Origin: Balanoglossus misakiensis
Lineage: Eukaryota; Animalia; Hemichordata
Assembly: GCA_040954595.2 (NCBI GenBank)
Contig: CM082578.2
Span: 16,290,998-16,354,997, forward strand
Length of the DNA stretch: 64,000 bases
Reading direction: 5' to 3'
Shown here: piece after piece, positions 36,587-48,500 of the stretch
How positions within the stretch are numbered: position 1 is the first letter of the stretch
Layout of the letters: every line of letters begins with the position of its first letter
Program-made: the position numbers and the translations under genes
The notes under the pieces: generated by a model
What the model was told of the DNA's origin: nothing
The model's database searches: none
The model's input: only the letters and a program-made list of their open reading frames with translations

Positions 36587-37446
36587 TTATACATGTTCAG
36601 GCGGCGGAGAAGCATGTGGATACGGCTGCTGCCGGGTCGGGTACTGCTGGGCTGCGGCCGGGTACTGCGGCGACGGGTACTGCTGGGCTGGGTACTGTGG
36701 TGGCTGCTGCTGTCCAGGTGGGACCTGCCCGGGTTGGTATGGTTGTTGTTGCTGCTGTTGGTTGTGTCCTGCGGCATAATAGGACTGAGTAGGGTATGTA
36801 CCAACAGGTAAAGTCACTGACGACATCGGCATACTTCCTGTGGAAGCTGTAGGATAGACAAAAAGTGTGCAACAATTACATTTCCTTTCATGCTCCTGTT
36901 TATTCGGATGATAGTTGATCGTGAGCTATCGACATCACACATGTATCTTGAGATGTCCAGAGCACAGGTGACACCGAACGGCCTCTATACTATATACAAA
37001 ACCCGGCTGTTCGATATCACCATTTTCAAGCACCCGTGGTCCAGTCATTGCAGAGGGTTGTTTTTTTTCAACACATACTATTGTAGTTGTCCTTTTGACA
37101 TAAAATCTCTAGTTTCCTCTGGAATGTGTGGGATGTTACTGTACTACCGTATATATACTCATTCGTTCTTTAAATGTCAAATACGAAATATTTGTGGAAT
37201 CGGTTAGGGCCTACAACTGTAACGTAATACAGGTGGCGTTTTACTTACTGGTGTGTTGTGATCGCCGACGTCTTCTCGATGCGTTGATTGGGCACCCAGA
37301 GCACACACAGCAACATATCATGACGCAGATGAAAACAAGTAACATTAAACCAAATATCGCAGCAATGGTGATATATAGGCTGGCGAGAGAAACGAGAGAT
37401 TTTATTTTATTTTCACGAATATAATGGCATATATTGTACCATAAGA

Positions 37447-37545
<99 letters not shown>

Positions 37546-39048
37546 TCAGACAGTGCGCATGCTTTTTTCGCTCTAAGTTTCACCATGTTGTCCCTGCGAT
37601 TATCCCACTTCACCAAGAAAGGCACTCTACGTAGGTGTTTTTTTCCATTTGTACCAGCCAGGATATGTCATGACGGTCAGCTAAATGCTAAACCATATTT
37701 CACCTGCACCTCAAGACAAATCAAGTTTTCAATGTAAGCCTTACTTACGCTGCCATGCTATAGTCATAAGATTCACCACCGTCGTAGCTGTAGTAGTCAT
37801 AATCACAGCAGTACTTTTCGGTGCTAGAACCACAGCAGTAGATATTCCTATCGTCCGGCGAATCACGACCGCCGCAACGGAAACCGCTCACCCAATCTCC
37901 ATACTTATCTAGGTAACCGTCACAGTACTCGCCGTCGTCCATGTAAGCGTCTTCGGTGTTACAGCAGAACTTGTCTTGCCAAGTGCCACAACAGTACGGT
38001 TCGTAGGACTCGCAATAGAAACCATCTTGCCACTGCGAGTATCTGTCATAATAACCGCCGCAATACTCATAGGCTGTGAGAATAGGAATAATTGAACATT
38101 TCACAGGATCGTGTTTTTTAAAAGAAAAAATAATTTTTATTGCTTATTATAAGATGTACAGCTCCCATTATTGTGACCAGGATTTCACCCGCCAAGTGAA
38201 CGGGGATTCAGCTATACCAGATCGAAAATATTACTTAGACATGTAGTACTGAGAAATGTTTTGATGAGTGACAAGCTGAATACTGACCATGTGCCAACAT
38301 GTTGAAGGGAGTAGAACAAGAAACTGTATGGCTACATTAAAAGTATAACCAGTCAGGGCCTGATAATGGGACATGTATATACAATAAATCCTCTATACTT
38401 TTGAATGCACAATCATCGATATAATAGTGCGAAAATGAGGCGGGTCGTTGGGCTGTAAAATGCAGCTTTCAAGCTCAAAAACATTTTTTTGTTCATATTA
38501 CGTTAAGTGCAGCTAATTGTTCTGCCAGTCATAAAACTGTCTCTATTGCGTGTAGGCGATGCGCTCTTGACATCGTGGTATATATGCACTATATAGGCCT
38601 TGGTCTGTAGGACATGTCGTCAACTGTCGTCGGTATGATTATGTCCATCACAAGAGAGTCGAAAGTACGTGTACTGACGCAGCTTTGCAAACACAAAGCT
38701 GCAAGCTGCTTCTAGCAGTTGATATCTCTCGGTGCGGGTCTGTAACCGTGGGTGGGGTGGTAAGGCTACGGACCCACAGCAAGTAATCTACCTATAAAAC
38801 CGATACAAGTGATCGACGCGAGTTAAATACGCTACAATTTATAAAGGGCGTCACCAGACGGTGCTTGTGACTTTCACTCTCAAAATCTAGTACGCTTATG
38901 TGTGTTTTCCGTCTCAGTTCATTTCAACATTGTCACCATCGAATGTCCTTTCGGTAATTGTAAATATTATCTTACCTAAACAGGCACTCATCTGTATGAC
39001 AAGCAGAACTATAACTTTCCCCGACATACTACTCGTCAAAGCCGCCAT
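36587..39048 (-). CDS. Shisa-family single-pass membrane protein (Shisa4/5-like) with two Cys-rich Shisa modules
   Basis: Exons 39048-38976 (signal peptide MAALTSSMSGKVIVLLVIQMSACL), 38073-37749 (EYCGGYYD..W..GFYC...YCCGT...FCC, twice), 37379-37249 (TM + CCCVCSGCP + RRRRR), 36846-36587 (Pro/Gln/Tyr-rich tail with PPQY). Confidence 0.88.
37447..37545. repeat. (GAT)n microsatellite, intronic
   Basis: About 33 perfect GAT units; source of the poly-D, poly-M and poly-I pseudo-ORFs. Confidence 0.97.
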
Positions 39049-39645
39049 CTTGTATGTAATATTTAATGTGTGTCAAGGTGACCTTCAACTAAAGGTGACC
39101 TCGGTTAACAACACTGTGTTACATGTAAACAACATGTTGGTTGAGGTAAGGGTTCATTTGCACTCCCTGTACATGACGTGAGTGATGCACTCGCCACTGA
39201 TGGTTACTTACTCATTTAAGCATTGCTTTTCATCTAAATTATTATCAGTACAGCAACTGACAGATCTAGACAGCCCAACAACCCAGTGCTTCTGTGCGAA
39301 ATATATCTCTTTCTAAAATCAACCCATGTCATCTAAACTGTGTACACGTGTACAGTTTGACTAGGCACAATATTTCCCTGGGGTCAAGGGTTGGAGGTCA
39401 TGGTGTTATGGGATCAATGCAAATGAAGTCATCCTTTGCATCCGTTTAACTCAGTCTCTCCCAGATGAAAAACTAAACGACTGATCCTGAAAAAGGATTA
39501 CTTGGAGTGAAACACCAAGGAAGAAATCATCACAAATGTTCGGCTGGTATTCACAATTCACGATTTATTTTCTTTTCTTGCTCATACAAATAAATTCCAC
39601 GCCAAAAACAACAGCCCATGAACCAGGGTGTTACATTCAGCTGGC

Positions 39646-41851
39646 TTACTGGAAGAAAGTTTTGGGCTTCCTTGTAGTGAAACGTGGTTTGTGCAGACGA
39701 GCTGTGACACGATGTGGCAGAGGGAATCGGATCTTGGAATTCTGCAAGAGGAACAGAATGCATTGATGTGAATGGGGCACATGAAGTAAAATGACAATGA
39801 ATGGCACATACTCCATTATGTGTGTAGAATGTTGCAACTAGGATTCACTTTCAAAGACCTGGGGTAGTGGTCTTGAAAGGCGACTAGCCACATGGGATTT
39901 AATCTGTGCACATTATGATGAGCATTTGAACAACGAAATGTGAAAATGCTTCAGGGTTTCATGTGCACTGCAAAAATATGTACACTTATTCTAAATTATC
40001 GACTGCATTTTCAGAATTATTGGCCATCTTCCACTATTATTTGCACTATTATGCATTATGTTTCACAAGCCACCAAACGGTTGTTGGTCTTCAATTTCAT
40101 GCAACAAGCCGACTATGAATGAAGAGTATTTTGACTTACGTGAAATTGCTTGACATGAGGTCTCCTGCATTTGTTGGCTGCAATTTCTTCAACCTTCAAG
40201 ATCTGAATGGAGTGGGAGCGAGCTCTGTGACGTGCTCCCATGTCGCGATCTGTCAAATGAAAATAAAATGTCAAGAGTTTTTGCTCCAGCATTCAACCAC
40301 ATTAAGTGTTGAGGATCTGTCTGTTCATTTCTGTTATAAACTATGTGTAGCACACATCAGATTCTTGAAATTTAAAATGTATCACTGGAAATGAGAGCTT
40401 CATTCACCGAATGTGGTCTGGAATTTGTGTTTTATGTGATAACGTTTGAACACACCATCTCGCCTTTTGCCAAATACAACTAAACCAATATTTAGCCTGC
40501 CACGTCCACAGCAGCATAGATATGCCAGTGTCACACTATGTCATTGAACTGAGGCCATATAGATTACTTACAACACTGAGTAACAGCCTTGGATACAGTC
40601 ATGTCTCTGTATTCCCTGTACATGTTGTGGGTGCCACTACGTGAATCGTAACGCAGCCAAACAGCAAAGTTCTTAATCTTCAGGGGACTTTTGTCGTAGA
40701 TCTGTCAAGTTGAAAGAAAAGTCATTGTAAGTCTTAACACCTGTCTGTACCCTGGCATGCAATATTGTCCTGTGTCTCACTCTGCATTTACCCTGGTAAC
40801 TATAACATCCCTGACATGCCAATACATCACAGATCTCATGTCATATCACTCATCTGAGCCTTAACCGGCCACCAGCAAGACAACATACAGATGCCACTGA
40901 CCAACACATACAGCATTACAGTAAACTGTATCAGACTATCACCTTTATCAATGTATATTTAGTACGTAGAAATGTGCATGCTTTACATAGAATACGCTTT
41001 GCTTACTCTGTTGCAGGAGACAATCTCTCCAACAGACTTCTTGATCTTCTTGATTCTGTTACAGAAATACCAAAAGCGTGATTTTGCTACGACACTGTCA
41101 GGGGCAAATATCCTCATTTTAAACAACTTAGGCACAGGGTCCTTTTTCGTTGGCAAATGCCTGCCAATAACTTCATACTCCCGCAACTGAAAAACAAATG
41201 AAAGTAAGAAAGTGAGCAAATAGCTGGAAAATTGACACTGTGCTCACAAATTTTAATCATGCGTCAGAAAATCCACAGTTTTGTACAAGTGGAAAATGCA
41301 TCACTGCCATGACTGCTGACAGACACTGATATCCGTTTCTGGGCTACAACATGAAATTTGGGAATATTTCTTGTGACCGTGCCACGTTTTCTCCAGTCAA
41401 AAGCTTCCAACCTTATCCCAACTCAAACATAAGCCGAAGTGTAGGATTCTTGTCTTGAGACATATGATGACCCAAGTCTTAAAAAGACTATTGGCCAAAG
41501 AACTTGCCAATAAAAGATTGGTTCTCAAGTCACACATAGCGGTCATATTTGAACACTGGGACAACTGAAACCAGCTAACCAATAGTGTGAATGGGGTTGC
41601 TTATGTTCCTTGTGCAACTGGCAAGGCGGCCATATTGGTCATCCGCTCACCGCATATCTCGTGTTGCATGTGTTGGTAAATTACCGGACAACGAAGCAAA
41701 ACTGTGTGCCAACAATCACACTTTACGGGTATTAACTATTTCCGTTTGATTCATGAAGCTATATATTTATGATCTATCTATTTCTGTGCTTCTTATGATT
41801 CGTAACAATGTGCAATTTTGGATTTTTATTCACCTCGCCTTTCGCCTTCAT
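39646..41851 (-). CDS. RPL18A: 60S ribosomal protein L18a (eL20)
   Basis: Exons 41851-41834 (MKAKGE), 41186-41007 ([13 protein letters not shown]...[18 protein letters not shown]), 40701-40572 ([18 protein letters not shown]), 40249-40140 (MGARHRAR), 39741-39646 (KIRFPLPHR...RKPKTFFQ*). Confidence 0.97.
39827..39970 (-). ncRNA. SNORA68: Box H/ACA snoRNA, SNORA68-like, in the last RPL18A intron
   Basis: Minus strand: GTGCAC...GTGCAC hairpin, H box AGATTA, second hairpin CTAGTCGCCTTTCAA...TTGAAAGTGAATCCTAG, then ACA 3 nt from the end. The GTCGC/TGAA pocket complements 28S UUCAUAGCGAC. RPL18A is the known vertebrate SNORA68 host. Confidence 0.8.
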
Positions 41852-41871
41852 GGTGGATCGACTGCACACGC

Positions 41872-41882
41872 TGGAAAGAGGC
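41872..41882 (-). promoter_or_regulatory. TCT/5'TOP-like initiator of RPL18A (CCTCTTTCC)
   Basis: Polypyrimidine CCTCTTTCC about 25 nt upstream of the RPL18A ATG on the minus strand, typical of ribosomal protein genes. Confidence 0.55.
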
Positions 41883-42506
41883 AGGTTACGGGCAAAGCAT
41901 TGTGGGCATCCTCTTGCAACATTCGTTATATGACTTCGTTGGGATCGCCAACTAGATATGATACTCTGTTGGTTATGTTTTGATAAATTACCCAATTAAA
42001 TTTCAAAGTAATATATAAGACCACACAAAACTCGAAAACTTTGTACAAACGAATCTTTTAAATTGTTCTGAAATAAGCCGTGGAAAGAGCCTATAGGTCA
42101 GAGGTCATATTGCACGTTATGGTGGCGAAGCAATGATGCAAACCTATGTAACGAATTGATTGGAAAATATGGACTAGTTCACCGACAACAGTGATAGAAA
42201 GGTGACGAAATCTACATATAATTACGTTCCTAGTATAAATTTACCGTTTTATTGTCGTCGTTCGTATTTTCAAGGAAGAAATTTGGCGAGAACTGAGTTC
42301 GAAAAAAACATGTCACCATACTTCATGAGATAACTGCACAACGTGGACGTCTGCAAATATCGCTGGCTTCCGATACATTGACAACATCGCAATGAATGAA
42401 CCTACATCCTGTTTTTGAAGACTCGGTGTCGACATTCGTATTACATATTTTACTTAATTGTCATATCATGCTGCTTTCTAGGAGATACGAAAGCTGCTGG
42501 GACACA

Positions 42507-45500
42507 ATGGACGAGCAGGCTTTGACGGGTTTACGCCCCACGTCAGACTCAAATTCACAGAGAAGGGTAAGTATAAATATTAAGTGTTCATTCATTCATT
42601 CATTCATTCACTCATTCATTCATTTTTTATTAAATTAGTTTACACTTGTTGACTCAAAACCATAATTTGTTAGATTTTGATAAAACTATTTACATGCAAA
42701 CACTTATAATCATGTTCTCAGTCATAATTAGAAAGTCAAAATGACTATGTCGCATTTTAGCTAAACCTTGACAAAAAGGCCAACTTTCCACATAGGTGGG
42801 CTAACTGATTTGCATATTGTTCTGAACACCTGTACACTCTTATAAAAACAGAACACGTAGACATGCAGTTTCAAGTGGTGTCTGCTCAATGCTGATTTTG
42901 ATATGGAGGTTAAGTGTGAGTAAGCCCTACCCTACACATAAGTTATATACCCCTTTAAACTAGGATACCCCTATTCTCATATTCTTGACCGTTTCTCACA
43001 TTTTAGGCATTAGCGTACTTCGAACAGATGAAACAAACGGAAGATGGCTGGCAGATTTGTGGCACTGCTCTCACACAGGGACTGTATGAAGATGATCATG
43101 TCAAGTTCTTTTGTTTTCAAATTATTGAACATTTTATAAAAACAAGGTAACGTGATAAACCTTATGTTATTTAGATCTACCACTAACATCTTTGTCATTT
43201 GCCATGTTGATATATTCCTGTTTGAATAAGTTGGCCATAATTGAACAAGTTGGCCAAAACTAAAAAAAAACTGACAAGATCATTTCTTTCAAGTATAACA
43301 TTGTCATGGTAATGTACATATGATATATTGCATTGTTACAGATACAGAACAGCACCTTCAGAACAACAGACTCAGTTGCGGCAGATGTTACTTAGATGGC
43401 TTCAAGTTCAAGTAAGTCATTCAAACTTCTCTTTTACTTCATTGCCAGCAAAAGGCATAACACGATTGGGTGAGGTATTTTTGAATGGGAGGAGCTAATG
43501 ATTTTACATGATTAGGGAACTGGGGGGTGAAAGGGTTATGAGCTCTGGGAAGAACATGTAACATCATTGTAACAGATTTGATCGCAAGGGCACAAAAAGT
43601 CTATGAAATGACAATATTTTCATGACTTTTATTTCAGAGCATGTCTGGGAAATCAGAGAAGACATTCATTCGCAACAAATCAGCCCAGTTGTTTTCTTTG
43701 GTGTTCGTCCTCGACTACCCACACAAGTGGCCATCCTTCTTTTCTGATCTGCATCAGTTGCTAGGTTACGGCAGTAAAGCTGTGGATATCTATCTGAGAA
43801 TCTTGATGGCAATAGACACAGAAGTTGTGGACCGAGAAATAGTACACACAGCTGAGGTATGATGGTTTATGGCTCAGATTCTAGTTATATGTTTAAACCA
43901 ATATCCTATATTGTATGAAGCTTTCTGATTTAGAGGTTTTTATTTCAATGATATACATATACATCTGTATCTTTTGACTCTTCTTTGCAGGAGTGTAATC
44001 GCAACACAGTGATAAAAGATGCCATGAGAGAACAATGTGTGCAAGACTTGGTAAACACATGGTACCAAATTTTAGTGAGTACAGTTTCTACTCTGTTGTT
44101 ACTTAACCAGTGCCCAGGCGGAAACAGACATGTAGCCAAAGGTCATAGAAGGTACATGTGAAGACTGTTTAGGCACAGTGGTTTAGGCATATCAATAGCA
44201 CTTTCGCCCGGCATTAGAGTTATTCACAATTCAATGTGTAACTTCTGTTCTGTGATGTTTGCAGACTACCTATGAAAACACATGTCCTGAAGTGACATGC
44301 CTATGCCTTGATGTGGTTGGGGCCTATGTTTCATGGATAGACATCTCGCTCATTGCCAATGACAAGTTCATGAGTCTCTTGCTGAAGCACCTGGGCGTAG
44401 ATGTCTTGCAGGAGAGCGCTTGTGATTGCCTGCTGGAGATCATCAGCAAAGGCATGAACCCCATGGCCAAGACAGAACTGGTGGAGTCATTGATAAAAGT
44501 GTTAGAATCTGCCGGAGTGCTGCCACCGAAGGAAGTAAGTATCAACTGTAATGGGTTGAGATTGGGCATCTCATTTGAAGAAATTATTTCTCTTTGTCTA
44601 ATAGTTGGTACACCCCAATCCATTCTTTTCCTGCTTATTCAGGGTTAGGAGAAGTAGCTTATTGTGTTAATTTTTCGCACAAGTATGAGTTTAAAATATC
44701 TTTCATTTTTTGACAATACAGGATGAAGATATTGACTTTTTGGCCAAACTGTCCAAACTCATCAATGGAGCTGGTACCAATCTCCTGGTCAGCTGGAACA
44801 AGTGAGTATTCTGTTGCTGATCGGTTAAAGACCTGCAGCAATTACTTGCAACCTTCCACCAATTGTATAAAAGCACTTGATGTGTAAAAAGTGGTCATGT
44901 GATTGAATATAATGCAGCACAGACACAGGTGTAGCCTTGACCATGTTTGAATTTGATCTTTTCTTACTGAGCAATGTTTGACCCCAAGTGTTATGTCTCT
45001 ATGGTTACAGGTTAGTCAAGGCAGGTGACCAAGAGAATGCCCAGAAAACATTACAGGCTGTGAACATGAAAGTGCCTTTAATGCTGGGTTTCCTCGGCAA
45101 TGAAGACGATGACATCTCAGCAGCTGTGTCAGAATTTGCGCATGATTATATAACAACTCTAAAACAGGTACCTGCCGATTCCTTCATTGAAAATTTAATT
45201 ACACAGCATGATTTTCTCAGCTATGTGGTTGGCTGAAATATCAAAATGTTAAAAGAAAGTCTTAAAGGTTTTTTTATGTGGTTGAGCATTTTAATATCCA
45301 TGTGACAGATAACTTTAAGCAACAAGGTCTTTTAGTTTTGGCCTGGTCTGTTGTCAAACATGTATATTTTATTTGAGGTGCACATATATCCCTAGAGCAT
45401 GTCCCTCATCTCATGGGTCAATGCTTAGAAGAATGTGCATAGAGTAATTGTCGCAGCTAGTCGCCTTTCAAGGTCATTATGACCCAGGTCTTGAAAGTGA

Positions 45501-48500
45501 ATCCTAGTTGTCACACATTTCGCACCCGTCCAGTAACATCATAGTTTTTTTTTCCATTTTATATGTATTATGCACATTCCTCTGTTCCTTTAAAATGTTT
45601 GTATCAAATGTTGCCCTGTTTTCAGATTCCAAATGGCAGTCAGATCTACAAAAGCCAGCTGCAGAACATCATGTATATCATCATCAAGAAATTTGAGTAC
45701 GACGAGAGTTACAACTTTGAGAAAGAAGGAGAGGATGAGATCATGTTCATGGAATACAGAAAGCAACTCAAAGTATTGTTTGACAATATAGCGCAGTTAG
45801 ATCATCAATTGGTCTTAGCAACCATTCATCAGGTTGTTGTGACAACACTAAGGTAATTAGAAGATTCCTTCCCTTTCAGCCTGAATTACTGGTGTGGAAG
45901 TGGTTTTAATTAATGGTGCACATATATCCCTAGAGCATGTCCCTCATCTCATGGGTCAATGCTTAGAAGAATGTGCGCAGATTAATTGTCACAACTAGTC
46001 GCCTTTCAATGTCACCATGACCCAGGTCTTGAAAGTGAATCCTAGTTGTCACATGAGTGTCACTACTGTTTTACACAAACCACACACTGATGTTTGGCTT
46101 GCCTTTTAATCTTTTAGTATGATATCACAAAGTCCAGTCATGAATCACCTCGTACATGTATTCATGTTCATTTGAGATGAACGCTAATGGTCAAAGGTTA
46201 AAGAGCACCCCATATTTTGCTTCATTGATGGATAGCAAGCACTGAGTTGCACGAACTAAAATCTTGGACTGACGAGTTGTTTGCTTCTCACAGACAATGG
46301 GAAAGTGTGAAGTTCACAGAAGTGGAGTTAGCTGTGAGGTTCCTCTACAATATAGGTGAAGCAATCCCGGCCAATCAGAGCAACCATTTCATGGGTGACT
46401 CTCCAAAAGTGACGGCCATGAAAGAAATGATGGCGATGGTAAGTCGTGGTTTTACTGCCTTGACATAATTGGGTTTCAAATATGAGAAGATGTGACTGGG
46501 TAGCAGAATTGGTGACTTGAAGTTTCTATGGAGATGGCACTTTAAAACCAGGGAGATTCACCTCAATTTAACTTACCTTTTGCACACCTCTATGACATCA
46601 GCATCCTAAATACACATATAATTCCATCTTGCAGCTGGTGACCAGTGGAGTTGTTGGCCATTCACACTTTGCTGTTGGTCTACAGGTAAGTTTGCCCTTG
46701 GTATTTTCGCTATCATCAGATGTATTTCATTTTGCCAGCTATATCTACCATGGTTATCATTCCCCTCTCCCGATCACATTTCCCTCACCGATTTCGCTTC
46801 CACCAGGTGTTCGAGACGATATGTCGCTACGACAAGTTCTTCAACCTGGAACCCCAGCATATCCCACAAGTGATTGCAGCATTTCTGGACGAGAGAGGGC
46901 TGAGAAATCGGCATGTGAATGTCCGCAGCAGGACCTCCTACCTGTTTTGTCGCTTTGTCAAAGCCGTCCGAAATCACTTGCATCCGTATACAGAGGAGAT
47001 TCTGAAAAGACTGCAAGAAATCATGGTCATCGCCCCACCAGTAAGTGCTCCTTCAATTCTTCAATGAACGTGAAATAGGAATGTTGTGTTGCTCATGCAG
47101 TTCAAATTCTTCACACCTGAATGTCAGTTTTAAACACAAGTTATGTACATTTCCTTTCTTCTCAGGATAATGGCCACCCAGCCCTCCTCTCTAGCGATGA
47201 CATGCTGTTTATTTTTGAGTCTGCTGGCGTTTTGGTCGTAGCAAGCCAGTTCTCACCAGAGGTAAGATGGTCACAGTATCTTGATTTCAACTATGACAAC
47301 TCACCATTAGGATTCATCTCAGCGTGAGGGGGGAGGGAAGAGACTCCAGGCGCGATCCTGTGAGACAGCAAAGGGTCATATGTATAGTTGTGATTCATGA
47401 CAATTGTGTTTATTTTTCACAGAAAAAACTACTTCTGATGAAGAACATTTTAGCACCACTGATTGCTAAGTTTAACTCGGTTTTACCCAAACTGTGCAAA
47501 GAACAAGATGAAGAGCAACAATTAGTATATGCAGAGCTGGTCAGCCAGTGTATTTCATGTGCAAGGTATGTGTATTATTAGCCTATAGATGGTGCTGTTC
47601 ATATCATCGATCATTGCTGCAGAGAGTTTCTGAGTTGCCACTTTGACCCTTCCAAGAGACATCACAGGACAGGAGAGGGTCAGAGATGCATTATCTATCA
47701 CTGCTATCTTTCTCACACCTGTCTTTTAAATCCAGAAAAGTAACTTGTGATAAAGCGTAACAGTCAAATTGCTAATTTGTCAATTTGATTTAGATGAATT
47801 AGTTTTGTGTTTAACAAATAACTTTTGGGATTGTATGCATGGATGTTTGTGATCAAACATGTATGTGTAAGTGTCTATCATCAGTTTAGCTTTTTGTATA
47901 CCTGATAATTTAAATAATTTCTACAGAAATAACATAAACTTCACTTTTCACAATGTAAAGTGCAATTATACACTAGTTGGATTTGTAGCTACACATGTTT
48001 TGAGTAAGTCACATGGGTAATCCATTTTTCCCATTACTAAATATCTTAGAAGCCTCATACCGTCAAATCTTGGCCCAGAAGCTCAGCCAAGTGAGCTAGA
48101 GTATGTGAAGTAAGTATAAACCGAACAAGGGTAGTTCGGATTTCAATCAATTCCAAATCCAAATTGCTGCATTCTGAATTCCTAACATGAATCAGAATCA
48201 GAAATTTTCAGATAAAAAATCTGATATCTTTGTTGACTGCACATTGACACACCTCCATCATCTTCTTCTTGCCCCCACAGCCGGACCAGCAAGGCATTTC
48301 ACACCAACCAGACCATGAAGCAATGTGGCTGCGAACCCTGTTACCTAGAAGCTCTTCAGGTCTTCCTGCATGCCTTGGACACACCGTATCAACGACAGGT
48401 CGTCCACTCAGCTGTACGCCAGTATTTGCATCGCATGATTGTATGTCTGGAGACTTCTGTACTGCCATACATCCCCATAGCTGTGGAGCATTTACTCAAG

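Noticed and set aside
36515-36811. Cys/Gly-rich plus-strand ORF resembling a metallothionein or keratin-associated protein
   Set aside because: Antisense reading of the Gln/Pro/Tyr-rich Shisa tail.
37413-37737. Poly-D, poly-M and poly-I ORFs
   Set aside because: GAT microsatellite inside a Shisa intron.
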